Shown here: piece after piece, positions 8,622-20,300 of the stretch | How the letters are laid out: each line of letters opens with the position of its first letter | Numbering within the stretch: the stretch's first letter is position 1 | IMG/VR virus record: IMGVR_UViG_3300045432_000021 | Span: 1 to 61,263 of that record | DNA length: 61,263 bases | Origin: a virus | Lineage: Duplodnaviria; Caudoviricetes | Direction: 5' to 3' (one strand) | Notes under the pieces: generated by a model | Seen by the model: the letters and a program-made list of their open reading frames with translations, nothing else | Database searches by the model: none | What the model was told of the DNA's origin: nothing | Made by a program: the position numbers and the translations under genes

Positions 8622-9664
8622 GCTTCGCGCCAAGTGTAGTTAACATTAAAGGTAAAGTAATTAGTGCGTTTGCCTGATGGAGCGTAAGGGTCAGAGTACG
8701 GACCTATAGGCCCGGTATTAGTATTAGTAGAATATGTTAATTGCACGCTAGCAGCGGTGTCTGCGTCGAGATTATATATAGCTATTGGAAATCTAAACCT
8801 CGATACAAAGAAATTACTTGACGACTCTAAAGATCCGTCCTTAGAGAGATAGATACACTGTATATTTTTGTAAATACCGACAGAAGTAGCTGATATATTA
8901 ACATATGCTGTAGAGACAGTGACGGATTTAGTTGTGTGATCTATAGAATAACCTAACTCAGTAGGTTTAAAACTAGAACTAACACGATTAATAAGCCCAT
9001 ATGTTAAGACAGTTGGGAAAGTCTCACCAAAACTAGGAATATCTTCAGTGGTTTGCGATAAAATTAGCTCATTATTATTATAGTATGTTCTATCGTAAGG
9101 TATTTGGTAGGTTGCTGCATCTACAGGTATAGAATAGTTATAACCATCTGCAGCATTTACTGTCAGTCTGTAGCTTAAGACTGAACCCCAGTTAATTTTT
9201 AACCTATAATAGAAGATAATGTATTGACCAGCCTTAATATTGAGAGGAGTCAGGAAGGTATTACGAGCAAATGCGTTGCTAGATTGAGATCTTTTTATAG
9301 CAAACTCTTTAATAGTAGTATCTGACGTGGATGGTAGTGTGGTAAACGATCTATAATAGACTTTTGTACTAATATCTTCAACATAAGCCTCACTTGTCGA
9401 TGCTTTTACGCCGCTTAGTCTAGAATCACCAGTCGACTCCTGAATACCATTTAAAAAGTAGCCAGACTTACCGGCAAAGCTGTTACTCTTACCAAAATCT
9501 AAGTAACTAAGCAAGCTAGGTATATCATATGTGTATAAGTCTAGTAGCCCGCCAGATAGAATGGTATTTGTTGACCAATCTGATTCCTCAACAACGAGTC
9601 CATTGTCAATTACTTGATAACTATACTCCCCCTTAAGATCTAAATTTAAATTAACGTTATTCAT
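8618..9664 (-). CDS. putative virion structural protein
   Basis: 348 aa; beta-rich; TIKEFAI...FARNTF and YYRLKI resemble phage tail/baseplate accessory proteins; last gene of the tail cluster. Confidence 0.6.
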   Translation of the reverse strand: MNNVNLNLDLKGEYSYQVIDNGLVVEESDWSTNTILSGGLLDLYTYDIPSLLSYLDFGKSNSFAGKSGYFLNGIQESTGDSRLSGVKASTSEAYVEDISTKVYYRSFTTLPSTSDTTIKEFAIKRSQSSNAFARNTFLTPLNIKAGQYIIFYYRLKINWGSVLSYRLTVNAADGYNYSIPVDAATYQIPYDRTYYNNNELILSQTTEDIPSFGETFPTVLTYGLINRVSSSFKPTELGYSIDHTTKSVTVSTAYVNISATSVGIYKNIQCIYLSKDGSLESSSNFFVSRFRFPIAIYNLDADTAASVQLTYSTNTNTGPIGPYSDPYAPSGKRTNYFTFNVNYTWREA

Positions 9665-10887
9665 TAGGTATAGCTGATAATATAGTTAGAATAATTGCCA
9701 ATTGGTCGCTCATTGCTATTATTAGTATAATTTATTCCAGATCCAATTAACTTCCAGGTACTATCGAAGCTAGAAAGAGATAGTGTTATACTGCTATCTG
9801 CAGATACATATTGGAAGTAGTCTGTACGCGTTAAAGAAATTATCTCGGTAGTCGTAGTATTGTAAAGATTTACATTATAGCCGAAGTTGTAAAGGTCATA
9901 AGCAGAGAAGCCATTATCTATACCTCTATTAAACGCTCGATCTACATTAATACTTATAAGACCAAAATGCTGCCTAGTACTAGAAGCCGGTTCAAAAGTA
10001 ATTGCTGGTGGAGGTGTATAAGGTTCATAGACTGGTGGAACATATGGCTTATACTCACAGTCTGTAACTAGGCATGTATTATCTAATATTGGAGCTTCAA
10101 GTAAAGTTGTTGAGCTAGTAGGAGTAACATATGTAAAATCTTCACGACCTTCAACAGTAAAGTTACTAAATCTTACATCAGGTGCCGGTGCATTACCTGA
10201 AACTGGCTTAACAAATACAACACCAGGTCTAAATCTACTATCAGGAGTTCTACTAAAATTGACATTCTGTGTCAAAATATTAACAAAGTCTTCTGTAGGG
10301 CTATATCTAAAATCAATATATAATGTTTGACCTACATTACCTAACCGAGCTCTAATAGTCTTTTTGCGAGTCTCAAGTATATTAAAGTTGTATGTGGATA
10401 ATGATGTATTAACGGAATACTCTCTCCAACTATATGCTGGCGCTTGCCCTCGGACTGATATAGAGTTTAATTTTCGTCTTGAATCTAATTCACCATCCCT
10501 TACTAAGACACCGAGCGAGCTAACAGATAGAGCAAAGCTACCTGTTGTATCTAGACCAACTCCAATAACGCCTAAATCTATATTACCTAAAGATCCAGCA
10601 TAGCCTAGATCAACATTATTACCAGCAGATAACAGATAGGAGAAAAAATACGTATCATCTGGATAAGCTAAATAGCTTAATGAATCTGTACTAGTTAATA
10701 TAGAGTACCCCTGAGATAAAGCTATGCCCTGCGAGTCTTGTAAAAATAAACAGATACCAAGCTGAGAGTTAACTGGTATGCTTGTAGCGTAATAATCAAA
10801 AGACCATACTATATCGTAATACGGTGAAAGAGCTTTCTCATAAATCTTAAAAAGTTTAGCATTAGGATTAAGAGCAGGATACTCCAT
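9664..10887 (-). CDS. putative virion protein with L-type lectin/ConA-like domain
   Basis: WSFDY...GICLFLQD...LGY...IGVGLDTTG pattern typical of legume-lectin-like folds. Confidence 0.55.
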   Translation of the reverse strand: MEYPALNPNAKLFKIYEKALSPYYDIVWSFDYYATSIPVNSQLGICLFLQDSQGIALSQGYSILTSTDSLSYLAYPDDTYFFSYLLSAGNNVDLGYAGSLGNIDLGVIGVGLDTTGSFALSVSSLGVLVRDGELDSRRKLNSISVRGQAPAYSWREYSVNTSLSTYNFNILETRKKTIRARLGNVGQTLYIDFRYSPTEDFVNILTQNVNFSRTPDSRFRPGVVFVKPVSGNAPAPDVRFSNFTVEGREDFTYVTPTSSTTLLEAPILDNTCLVTDCEYKPYVPPVYEPYTPPPAITFEPASSTRQHFGLISINVDRAFNRGIDNGFSAYDLYNFGYNVNLYNTTTTEIISLTRTDYFQYVSADSSITLSLSSFDSTWKLIGSGINYTNNSNERPIGNYSNYIISYT

Positions 10888-10892
10888 ACGTA

Positions 10893-11114
10893 TTATTTAT
10901 CATTGTTCGCAATTATAAAGACGCACGTTAAAGTATTATTGTCTCTAAACCTACAACAACATACTAGTTTATAGTTTAGTCTTTTATATTCTCTATAGAT
11001 GGTCTTAAAATGCTCAACATCGACATTTAAGATGATACTCTTTCTAGTTTTATCTATCAAGATATAATTTGTAAACTCCTGACCTACTGCATAAGCTCGA
11101 TTAGGTATATCCAC
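10893..11114 (-). CDS. hypothetical protein
   Basis: 73 aa; GTG start 5 nt after CATAAATA. Confidence 0.6.
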   Translation of the reverse strand: MDIPNRAYAVGQEFTNYILIDKTRKSIILNVDVEHFKTIYREYKRLNYKLVCCCRFRDNNTLTCVFIIANNDK

Positions 11115-11122
11115 ATATATAT

Positions 11123-11284
11123 TTATGACTTTTCGTGAAATAATATCTCTTTTACCTTCGACCTCAATTGGTTAGCCGACTTATAATCTTCAATTTCATT
11201 TATTGAAAATCTAACATTGCAGAGTAATTTTTCAATAAACAAAAAATCTTCGAATGTAAACCCTTCAACAATTATTTCTTCCAT
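11123..11284 (-). CDS. small hypothetical protein (not in the ORF track)
   Basis: Read by hand: MEEIIVEGFTFEDFLFIEKLLCNVRF...HEKS*, 53 aa, filling the gap between neighbours. Confidence 0.6.
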   Translation of the reverse strand: MEEIIVEGFTFEDFLFIEKLLCNVRFSINEIEDYKSANQLRSKVKEILFHEKS

Positions 11285-11285
11285 A

Positions 11286-13028
11286 TTATAATGTATATCC
11301 TACAACGCGAAGTACAACTGCATCACTATTACAAACGGGAGATCTAAACGCCATAACCAATTGACCGGTATTATTAGCAGATAGCGGTAGAAATACCTGA
11401 CTTACATCACACTCTGGAGGATTACCTATACTGTTAGACCCTCTAAGGTAGCTCACTGTATATTCTGTTGACGATGCGAAACGTTGAGTATCTGGACCAA
11501 GTAAGTCTATATTTGGAGCTGATACTATTACCCTTGGAGTATTAGGTTGTGCAGTACCAGTCTCGTTAAATTTGGTAACTCTACTTTCTATAATTAAGTT
11601 CTTAGCGTTACTTGGTATAGTTGTTGAAGGGCTTGCGATACCTGCTGGTAGAGTTGATGCATTTGGAACAGTGGCAGGTAGTTGAGTTATAAAGGGATAT
11701 GCTGTTATAGCACCAAAAAAGCTCTCTGGAACATTAATACCAGGTACGTTCAAAGGATCTTCTTCACTTGAATGTTTATAAAAAGTAACTGGAGTTTTGA
11801 GGAATGTTATAGGTGAACTTGCATTATATGCAGTGTTAGAACCAGCAGGGGTTTCTGCACCAGCTAATATAGTGGGAGTAGCAATCGGATTTAAAACTCG
11901 ACCATAATTATCAATTAAAAATGCCCCGCTTATAGTCTGCGATGAGGTAACTTGAGGTAAGCTGATAACATGATTACCAGATAGCGCTGTTACTGTTAAA
12001 CCAGTTGATGTAACTCCATTAAGAGTAGAGCTGAGACCAGCTGTAAAGGAAATGGTAGAGCTAACTATGGGGTCAGCTATTGCCTTTATAATATAGAGCA
12101 TTCCGGTTGCGCTCAATGTACTAACATTGGTTGTTCTAGCGCATAACGAATAAACCGTAGATGTTGCAGGGCCACTCGCTGTACCGTAGAGAGTTTTATT
12201 TATAAGATCAGGTACTTTAAAGTTAGTAACGTCACCTCCATAAGTAGTACCGATAGCGGTATACAACTGAGGATAAGTAGCTGATGGTACAGCCTGGCCA
12301 TTACATAATAGCCACCCAGATGGAGCATTGGCAGCAGAAGCAAAAGGCATTATGGAGCCTACAGGAATCTGACCAGCTGTTCCTGGCACGAAAAGCGTTG
12401 ATGACTGAGTATAATTTGTCCATTTTAGTTTACCTGTAATATCTGTTGATAAAAACAATTCATTGGCAGTTGCGATAGGCCACTCATAACTTACATTATT
12501 AATTTTAAGCTTTCCTGGTAGAGTAAAATACTCTGTATCAGACGGTTGAATACTATTTGTGATAATTGTCTGAGAATTTAAACCTATTTTACCACCACTT
12601 AAGATTAATGAATTGCCAACTATACCTGGATCAATATTACTAGCAGAAACTAACCCTACAGTAAAGGTATTACCAGTTCTTATAATAGTACTATCGCCCG
12701 CTTCATATACCCCGCCAATTACTTCCCAATTTGCTATATTATTAGAGGCGCCACCTATAAATCTATATAGAATTTTGTTATCACTATCATACGCCTGATC
12801 GCCAGGAGAAACGTTTGTTGAATCAGTTACATTATTACTTGAACCTCTAAATGTATTACCAATTAAGATACCGCCTAGAGTAGTGCCATCACCGACGTAT
12901 AGTTTCTTAGTATCTGTAGTATATCCTAGCTCTCCTGCAGCAAGTACCGCGCCCAGTCTATCAGCATTGATACCTCTACGTACTAGAAGTCTTAATAGAG
13001 AATTTTCAAATATTTCAATTTTTGCCAT
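11286..13028 (-). CDS. tail fibre protein with Mtd-N/hyaluronidase-like N-terminus and tail collar domain
   Basis: RRG...GELGYTTDTKKLYVGDG; collar motif PVGSIMPFA...PSGWLLCNGQAV...YPQLYTAIGTTYGG...FKVPDL. Confidence 0.85.
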   Translation of the reverse strand: MAKIEIFENSLLRLLVRRGINADRLGAVLAAGELGYTTDTKKLYVGDGTTLGGILIGNTFRGSSNNVTDSTNVSPGDQAYDSDNKILYRFIGGASNNIANWEVIGGVYEAGDSTIIRTGNTFTVGLVSASNIDPGIVGNSLILSGGKIGLNSQTIITNSIQPSDTEYFTLPGKLKINNVSYEWPIATANELFLSTDITGKLKWTNYTQSSTLFVPGTAGQIPVGSIMPFASAANAPSGWLLCNGQAVPSATYPQLYTAIGTTYGGDVTNFKVPDLINKTLYGTASGPATSTVYSLCARTTNVSTLSATGMLYIIKAIADPIVSSTISFTAGLSSTLNGVTSTGLTVTALSGNHVISLPQVTSSQTISGAFLIDNYGRVLNPIATPTILAGAETPAGSNTAYNASSPITFLKTPVTFYKHSSEEDPLNVPGINVPESFFGAITAYPFITQLPATVPNASTLPAGIASPSTTIPSNAKNLIIESRVTKFNETGTAQPNTPRVIVSAPNIDLLGPDTQRFASSTEYTVSYLRGSNSIGNPPECDVSQVFLPLSANNTGQLVMAFRSPVCNSDAVVLRVVGYTL

Positions 13029-13040
13029 GATATGTTTTTA

Positions 13041-14159
13041 TTATGATATAGGTCCGCCGGATAATGCAGTTACTTGCGAAAATCTAAAGACAGGTATAGC
13101 TAAGTCACCTGAAGAAGATGAATTGATTACAATAAATCCTGCTGAACTAACGCTTGCTGTATAACTAGTACCTATAGTAGTTATGTCTGAATATGTAGCT
13201 TCAAATACTTGCTGATTAGTGAATGCATTCTGATCTATAGTACCGTTATAAGCGGAACCTGTACCAGCGGTATCTGTTGATATTATATAACCGAACATCG
13301 ATGAACGACTAGTTATTATACCATCTTCATTATAGTTAATATTATCAAACCTAGTATTAACATTGCCAGCGTGTTTTGGCTTTAGAGATATTATACCAGC
13401 ATTTGACTCTAGACTATCGTTATCTACATTTTTTAATCTAGCTGTCAATACTCCATCTACAGCTTGCAAGCCATCACCCACAAAGTTACTGCTTAGAGAG
13501 CTTGTTGTAACAGTTCCAGGAGGAACTTGAGTGATTGTGAGTTGTGAATTTACATTATACCCGAAGTATCTTGGATCAACATTTACATCGATAAGATTGC
13601 CACTACCGCCTGAAATAGACCTACCGAAAGAAGTACTGCTTATTGAATCTTTAGTAATACCCTTAACAGCTAACTTATTGTTAACAATATTCATTGTAAC
13701 ATTATCTACGTTAGCTGATATACCTATACCGAACGATAGTCCGCCATTTGCTGTTACAACATTAGGGCTAAGCTTAGTATATCCTAGTGAATAGTCTTGA
13801 ATACCTAATATGTTTGAGCCACTTGCATACTTGAGAATCAACCCATCAACTTTTGGGCTTATATTAAGCCAGTGAGTAAGATTACTGTAATCCGTACCAG
13901 TTAACTGATACATTAACGACCCTGTAAATACTATATCATTCTGAACAGCTCTAGAAACTGTATTTCTAGATAAACTATTGCTAACAGGGTTATGTATAAC
14001 ACTACCAACAGGTCTACCACCATAAGTAGTGCCGTCTCCTACAAATACTCTTGCTGTATCGGTTGTATATCCTAATTCACCCTGCTCAAGTATAACAGCC
14101 TTACGCTGAGAGTCGGTACCTCTTCTAATCTTTAATTTTATTATAGTTTGTGCAGGCAT
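13041..14159 (-). CDS. tail fibre-associated protein with Mtd-N-like N-terminus
   Basis: IKLKIRRGT...GELGYTTDTARVFVGDGTTYGG; N-terminus paralogous to that of the adjacent gene. Confidence 0.75.
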   Translation of the reverse strand: MPAQTIIKLKIRRGTDSQRKAVILEQGELGYTTDTARVFVGDGTTYGGRPVGSVIHNPVSNSLSRNTVSRAVQNDIVFTGSLMYQLTGTDYSNLTHWLNISPKVDGLILKYASGSNILGIQDYSLGYTKLSPNVVTANGGLSFGIGISANVDNVTMNIVNNKLAVKGITKDSISSTSFGRSISGGSGNLIDVNVDPRYFGYNVNSQLTITQVPPGTVTTSSLSSNFVGDGLQAVDGVLTARLKNVDNDSLESNAGIISLKPKHAGNVNTRFDNINYNEDGIITSRSSMFGYIISTDTAGTGSAYNGTIDQNAFTNQQVFEATYSDITTIGTSYTASVSSAGFIVINSSSSGDLAIPVFRFSQVTALSGGPIS

Positions 14160-14185
14160 TTTAATAATTATTTATAACTGATTCA

Positions 14186-15004
14186 TTAATATACCCAGCC
14201 ATCTAAAGTAACATTTAACTCATACAGATTTAAAGTATTGTTTGTAGATCCTGCTAAGGTCTGTACTTCAAAGTAATAAGAAGATGTACCAGTAGCAGGT
14301 ATTGCGAAAAACTGTTGGGTCGAGTCATAGATTGTATCTACGCCTAAGGATCGATAGTCTTCTCTTACTTCGCCAGTACATACTGTCTTCCCGTCCATCT
14401 TTAAATAAACCGCAAAATCGCCACCGTTAGACTGTAGGAAAAGTTTCGTATTAATAATAGCGTACCTAGCTGTCGCACCACTAACATAACCAGAGAAAGT
14501 ACTCCAATTAATATTAGTATTTGGTATTATAGTTTGTACCGTGTTTGGCACGCCAAGATAACTATTTATCGATAAACGTGCTGGTGTAATTAAGCTAACA
14601 GGAGCGCTTAAGAGAGATAAAGTAGGTCTTGATGTAATATTAGTAATAACACCATCGACAACAGTTATTCTAGGGTTATCATACACGCCATCTTCAATTG
14701 TAGAGCCACCAATAATCTCAGAAAGAGATTTCAATTCAAGAACACCAGCGGCTGTTCTAGCTACAACTTGATTTTCTGCTCCATCTTTATTAGGCATTAA
14801 TAATTCACCTGCCTTCACATTATTAGCAGATAACAACCCGGTAATCGATGCGCCCTGAGCTGCTCTTCCGACAGAAAGAGAAGATTGCACACCGACACCA
14901 TCATACACCGCTTCTTGACCGGTCGGAGGGATTGTTGTTCCGTTAGTATGTAGCACACCCTTATAGGTAGCGCTAATATTAGTGTTGGTCAAAGCGTTTG
15001 GCAT
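14186..15004 (-). CDS. putative tail fibre/virion protein
   Basis: 272 aa, Thr/Gly/Ser-rich; GVYDNPRITVVDGVIT fibre-like motif; late box 5 nt upstream. Confidence 0.6.
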   Translation of the reverse strand: MPNALTNTNISATYKGVLHTNGTTIPPTGQEAVYDGVGVQSSLSVGRAAQGASITGLLSANNVKAGELLMPNKDGAENQVVARTAAGVLELKSLSEIIGGSTIEDGVYDNPRITVVDGVITNITSRPTLSLLSAPVSLITPARLSINSYLGVPNTVQTIIPNTNINWSTFSGYVSGATARYAIINTKLFLQSNGGDFAVYLKMDGKTVCTGEVREDYRSLGVDTIYDSTQQFFAIPATGTSSYYFEVQTLAGSTNNTLNLYELNVTLDGWVY

Positions 15005-15020
15005 ACTATTATTTAAGTTA

Positions 15021-17393
15021 TTATTCTAATATTAACGTACCTTCTTCGAGATTGTAGATAGGTATTAGTGCGTTCCTATAATCTACATTAGTTAGACTTA
15101 CTAACTTAGATTGCAACTCATAGACACTTCTAACCGCTCGGTTTATAACCCCTAATATAGCCTTTTCATTGTCGTGAATATAATATTGATTTATATCAGC
15201 TTGATTGAAATCACTAAAATTAATATTGTAGTTATAATCTTCTAATGTAAAAACGCCTAAAGCATCGTAAGAGCCAGTAAATCTACCAACAAGATTATTC
15301 TTTAGGGTATATATGTCGTTTAATATCTTGTAAAGCTCTTTATTAATAGTAGTAGTCTGAACGTATTCGTCTCGGTTAATTGTTAGCTTTGAAGCACCGT
15401 AGTTAGGATAGGTATTATACTTTGTAACTTGCTTAAATGTATAAGACTCTTTAAAAACATACAGTCTGCAATCTGTCAACAAAACTATATCATCTTCGTT
15501 ATTATAATTGTTTATAACTCCTATACCTTTATATTTATTATCTACTACTAAAACATTGTTATCTGCAGTAGATGTGTCAAAGAAGTTCCACCAAACATCC
15601 GCTTTATCGAAGTCAATATCAGTAAGGTTCCAGATATAAGATACAGCCGGGGTTAGAGAATCAGACAACTTCATAAGTCTCCCAAATTGAAATCGACCTA
15701 GTATTTTTTCAGGTCGATTCTTAAGCTTTTGAAATACATTTAAGTCAGTGCATATATACCAATAGTTATTATTGGACTTAGCAAAAGAAATATTTTTAAC
15801 TACTTCTGATACTCCATCTATAGTAGTTAACTTATCCTCAAGTATATGCTGTTCTTGTAGAATAAAATTGTCATCATAAATGTATAACTTTAACCCATCG
15901 TTATAGTATGTTAATACATAGAGCCTGTTCTCTAGGGTATCAAACTCCATAGCAGCTAACGGCTCTCTTCTAAATGGTGGTCCAGAAAGTCGTTTAATAT
16001 AGTTAAACTGTGTATTAAATATTTTACAGGTATAATTGCCTGAGTCATAAACTACAAGATAAGAATCTGTGCAGCAGATTTTACTTGGACCATTAAACCT
16101 CGATGGGTCAGTTGAATAACCAGAGCCTCCTAGAACTTCTATAAAGTTGCGCTGATTAGCAAAAGCTAAATCCTTATTAAAGAATCCAGCTATCTCATAT
16201 TTTAAAATATTATTGTTTGCAAAATCAGATATAAAAACATGACTGGTATTAAGGCATATACTATTTAATTGACCAAATGGTAGCTCATTTTCAACAGTTT
16301 CGTACTTATCAGAAACTTCAATAAGGTTGGTGGTTGTCAAGTCAGTTGACAAGGAAATAAATTTGGTGTCAGATATACCTAATATAACAAACGTATCTGT
16401 ATTTTCAGCGTACTTAACACTCACGTAGCTTTTAATTTTACCTAACTCAACAAATTTTTCTACATTCTCGAACTTAATAGGTTGACTAGTTGCTTGACTA
16501 GTATTATCGTATAAAGTTAAATTCTCTGCACTTGATGTGTTTGTTACTGAGCTAATGGTTGACGGTGGCACCCCTAAATATCTAACATTATCAGATGCTG
16601 GTAAATCATTATTAGGTATAAACATACGCGAAAAAACGTATGTGTTATTAATATGTAGCTTTGTTAATCTATCCTTTATTAAGTTATATGTTAGATAATC
16701 GTTAGCCTCGAAAGATACATCTTGCAAGCTATATGGGAGAGTAACAGTGTCTCCAACTAATCTATCATATGTAAATTTTGATAATGCTAAGTCGGTTGAA
16801 AATAAACGCTTTGGCTCTAATAATTGCTGTGTATAAAAAGTCTTAGCTACACCGTTATTGACCTCGACTAAACCTGTAAAATTAGTGCCTTCTGATGTCA
16901 ATGCTACATATTGCTCATTGAGCGTACCGACACCTACTACTATACCGCTCGTAAGGGCTGCTACTTCACCTGGTGACGGAGTATAACTATTTGCACTCCA
17001 TGATAGATTAACACCAAGAAGAGTCTTGTAGACCGTTCCTGTTTCAGGGTCATATGTAAAGTCAGGAGATTCAACTAGACCTACATAAACTGGACCCCAG
17101 TATACTCCGACACCTCCAATAGTATCAACTATTCTCTCACCATATTCATCATAAGCAATATTTAAAACACCGTGATCTTGTTCAAAAGCTTCCCACTCTA
17201 CATAATACCCATTAACGTACATTCTAACATAGCCGTCAGGAGAGTAAATAAGTTCTGAAATATAGGCATTGTAATTAACAAGACTTGAAGACAGCGGCGT
17301 TGTCTTAATACAAGATGTCTCTTGATCTAAGATAGCGATGTTATACTCATCGCCAGAACTGTAGAACTTTTTATAGTTGGTGTAATCTATCAT
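15021..17393 (-). CDS. virion protein with NHL-like beta-propeller
   Basis: VFISDFANNNILKY, RFNGPSKIC...LVVYDSGN repeats. Confidence 0.65.
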   Translation of the reverse strand: MIDYTNYKKFYSSGDEYNIAILDQETSCIKTTPLSSSLVNYNAYISELIYSPDGYVRMYVNGYYVEWEAFEQDHGVLNIAYDEYGERIVDTIGGVGVYWGPVYVGLVESPDFTYDPETGTVYKTLLGVNLSWSANSYTPSPGEVAALTSGIVVGVGTLNEQYVALTSEGTNFTGLVEVNNGVAKTFYTQQLLEPKRLFSTDLALSKFTYDRLVGDTVTLPYSLQDVSFEANDYLTYNLIKDRLTKLHINNTYVFSRMFIPNNDLPASDNVRYLGVPPSTISSVTNTSSAENLTLYDNTSQATSQPIKFENVEKFVELGKIKSYVSVKYAENTDTFVILGISDTKFISLSTDLTTTNLIEVSDKYETVENELPFGQLNSICLNTSHVFISDFANNNILKYEIAGFFNKDLAFANQRNFIEVLGGSGYSTDPSRFNGPSKICCTDSYLVVYDSGNYTCKIFNTQFNYIKRLSGPPFRREPLAAMEFDTLENRLYVLTYYNDGLKLYIYDDNFILQEQHILEDKLTTIDGVSEVVKNISFAKSNNNYWYICTDLNVFQKLKNRPEKILGRFQFGRLMKLSDSLTPAVSYIWNLTDIDFDKADVWWNFFDTSTADNNVLVVDNKYKGIGVINNYNNEDDIVLLTDCRLYVFKESYTFKQVTKYNTYPNYGASKLTINRDEYVQTTTINKELYKILNDIYTLKNNLVGRFTGSYDALGVFTLEDYNYNINFSDFNQADINQYYIHDNEKAILGVINRAVRSVYELQSKLVSLTNVDYRNALIPIYNLEEGTLILE

Positions 17394-20300
17394 TTAAAGT
17401 CGATAAAGTTAATATTGTTTATATACACTCCAGCTGGTAGTAAAGATTTTGATTGAGATAAAATCTCATTAATTATGTTTTGTCTAAACTCACTATCTTC
17501 AACCTTTAAATTTTTAATATAAATATCTACCAGCTTACTACTACTCGTTTGTGAGAATTTAAATAACCTCTCAACCTCTTCTGTATTATTACGTTGACCA
17601 GCAGGTATAGATAAAACAATATCATCTATAGCTTTTCCAAACATATTTACCGCATATATTTCGGTATCATTAAGAACCTTATCATAAAACAGAAAGTTAC
17701 GAATTCTTGCATCTTTAATAAAGAACTGACCAGGCTGCTTCAAATAAGTCGCTATATCAATGCCGTTAAAAAACCCTAATGTACCTAAAAATAATTCTTC
17801 ATGAAATATTGTTTGATACTTATACTTGCCAACTGGCACTTGAAGATTAGTATGCTTGATGCCATCGACAAACAAGGTTATATTACCTTTTATAGAATCA
17901 AATCTATAAGTAAAATTATGAAATCCTTCATCTATAGTATTCGTATCGAAATCAATAACTTTGCTAACAACCTCTTCCGATGAAAGGTAATTAGTTAAGG
18001 TAAGTTCAAACTTTATACTGTCAGGTTTATAATTTAAATCTAAATACTGATAGTTAGTCTGGGTATAACGCTTAATTTCTGGCGCGAATGCAGTGTAAGT
18101 CCCACTTAGCGGTAACAATGTAAAGGTATTAGTATAGTTACTATCGTAAACATTAAACTTAGCGAGACCTAGTTTATTATTTTCAGTTAAAATTAGAGCA
18201 GTGACTGCAAAAGTAGGTTCACCATATCTATACTCCTTAATAAAATCTATATCTAATACTTTTGTTTCTTCAGACGATAGACTACTTGAAATACTTGATA
18301 AAGAAACACTAGCTACAGCCTGTCTATTCTGACTGTATACCAAAACTTTATTTTTATAACCAATGTAAACATTATTTTTATTATCTATATTAAAGTCAGT
18401 TATAGTGATGTCAGTATTAGATAGACTATCAGACACCTTAACAAAGTCTATAGGAGCTTCTGTACGCTGTAGATCGTGCTTAGTAACTACTTTATCACCA
18501 ATATTATAATATAGAATATCAGAATCTCTACCCGTATATCTTACCTTTCTACCTAGTATATTATATAGCTTATTGTCATATCTAAAGATACTAAGAGCTT
18601 CGTAAGGGTCAGATTTTTCATATGTGCCCCAACGCTGACTGGTAACAGTAGTTACTTCAAGTGTTAATTTATCCAATTGATAGCAGGTACCTTCTATTAC
18701 ATCTAATTCATTATCATTAGCAAGGAAAGTAATAGTGTTTTCTTCTTGTAGGTAACTCTTATAAGCAGTTAGTTGTGACACTACCTCTAATTTTATTTTA
18801 TTACCGAGAGGATCCACTTTATAAATGTAACCATTCTTACATATTACAAAAAAGTTTTCCAAGGCTTTATCAGGAATAACATCTCTAATATCTCTATCAA
18901 ACTTTGTTGAAGAAATATATACATGATCTGTATTATAGACATAGAGTATATTATTCTGATAGGTATATATAAATGGTGTAATAACAGTGTCACTTCTTAC
19001 CCCGAACCCGGTGTTAGTTTTATTACCTGCTATCTGAAAACCATAATCTGTACTCTGATCTATATACAAATCAAAACTTACAGTAAATTGACCGGATTTG
19101 TTTACCTCTGGCGAAACTATATACTTGTTATATTTGGTGCCATCGTAGGAAATAGTATTAGACTCGTAAGCAACAGATACATTAGATGTGTTATAGTAGT
19201 TATTAAATCCTGATAGGAGAGGAGCGCTACCTACAACAATATTATTAATATCATCTACTCCAATTCTTTCGTATCTATAACTGGTACTAGGTTCCAATGC
19301 TAAAGAACTAGCAAAATCTATTATTGGTGTTACATTATTGCTGTCATCATAATACCTATCTAACCAAACACCAGGAGCATCAGTTGTACTAGCTGAAAGC
19401 CAAGTACATAAATACCTACCATTATTAAATTGATTAGTATATCTACGATTTATGTATATCTTATCTGAAAGAAGAGGTGAAGGGCCGCCGCAGCTACCAT
19501 TAGAGACAAAATCTGTATCGTTTATATTAATTTTTTCGAAAGGGTACATGTTATCCGGAGTCTTAAAAAAGGTATCAGACCCACTCTTAATAACTAAATC
19601 CTTGTTAAAAAATACATAATTTAGAGTAATATTTTTATTACCTTTTTCTTGATTATTACCTGTGAGCAACGATGTATATTCTCTAAAATCGATATCTGGT
19701 ATACTTCTATCGGCAGATAGTAAGTTAGTACCAGTGCTGACATATCCCTTTTCCGTTCTATAATTATTAAGGGTTATAAAATTTAAATTAAAGTAGTCCG
19801 GGCTCTCTAGATTGTAGTTTGTGTGTAGTAGATACTGCGATGGTAGGTCATACTTACTTTTACTATCGTTAGGAGTTAAATTATTAAGCTGAGTAGGTAC
19901 ATATGAGACCCAGCTAGTGGAATTTTTGGTATCTACTTGAGTAAAGTTATAGTTGATAGCTATTATACTCGCATTTTTACTCGCAGAGAGGTCATCTACT
20001 GTAGTTAGTCTTAAATCTTCATTATCATATATAAGAGTTTTTACAGTTTCACCCGATATAACTTTGTATAAAGTTAAATAACCTCTTTTGTCTAGCTGAT
20101 ACCTAAACACATCGTTTCTTTCAGAGTTAACTATACTACGTGGATCGATACTTGATGCATAACTAAAGAAAGTTAAGTTATTTGTTGTCTGTATATAATT
20201 TAGATAGAAATCTCTAGACCCAATAATCGAAGAAGGTGTAGTATTATGCTTAACTCTAAGTAGTTTATTGGTTAGTATCTCAAGTTCAAAACTAACTCTA

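Noticed and set aside
11286-14159. Diversity-generating retroelement suggested by Mtd-N-like domains
   Set aside because: No reverse transcriptase and no adenine-mismatched TR/VR pair seen in the window; this N-terminal domain is common in ordinary fibres.
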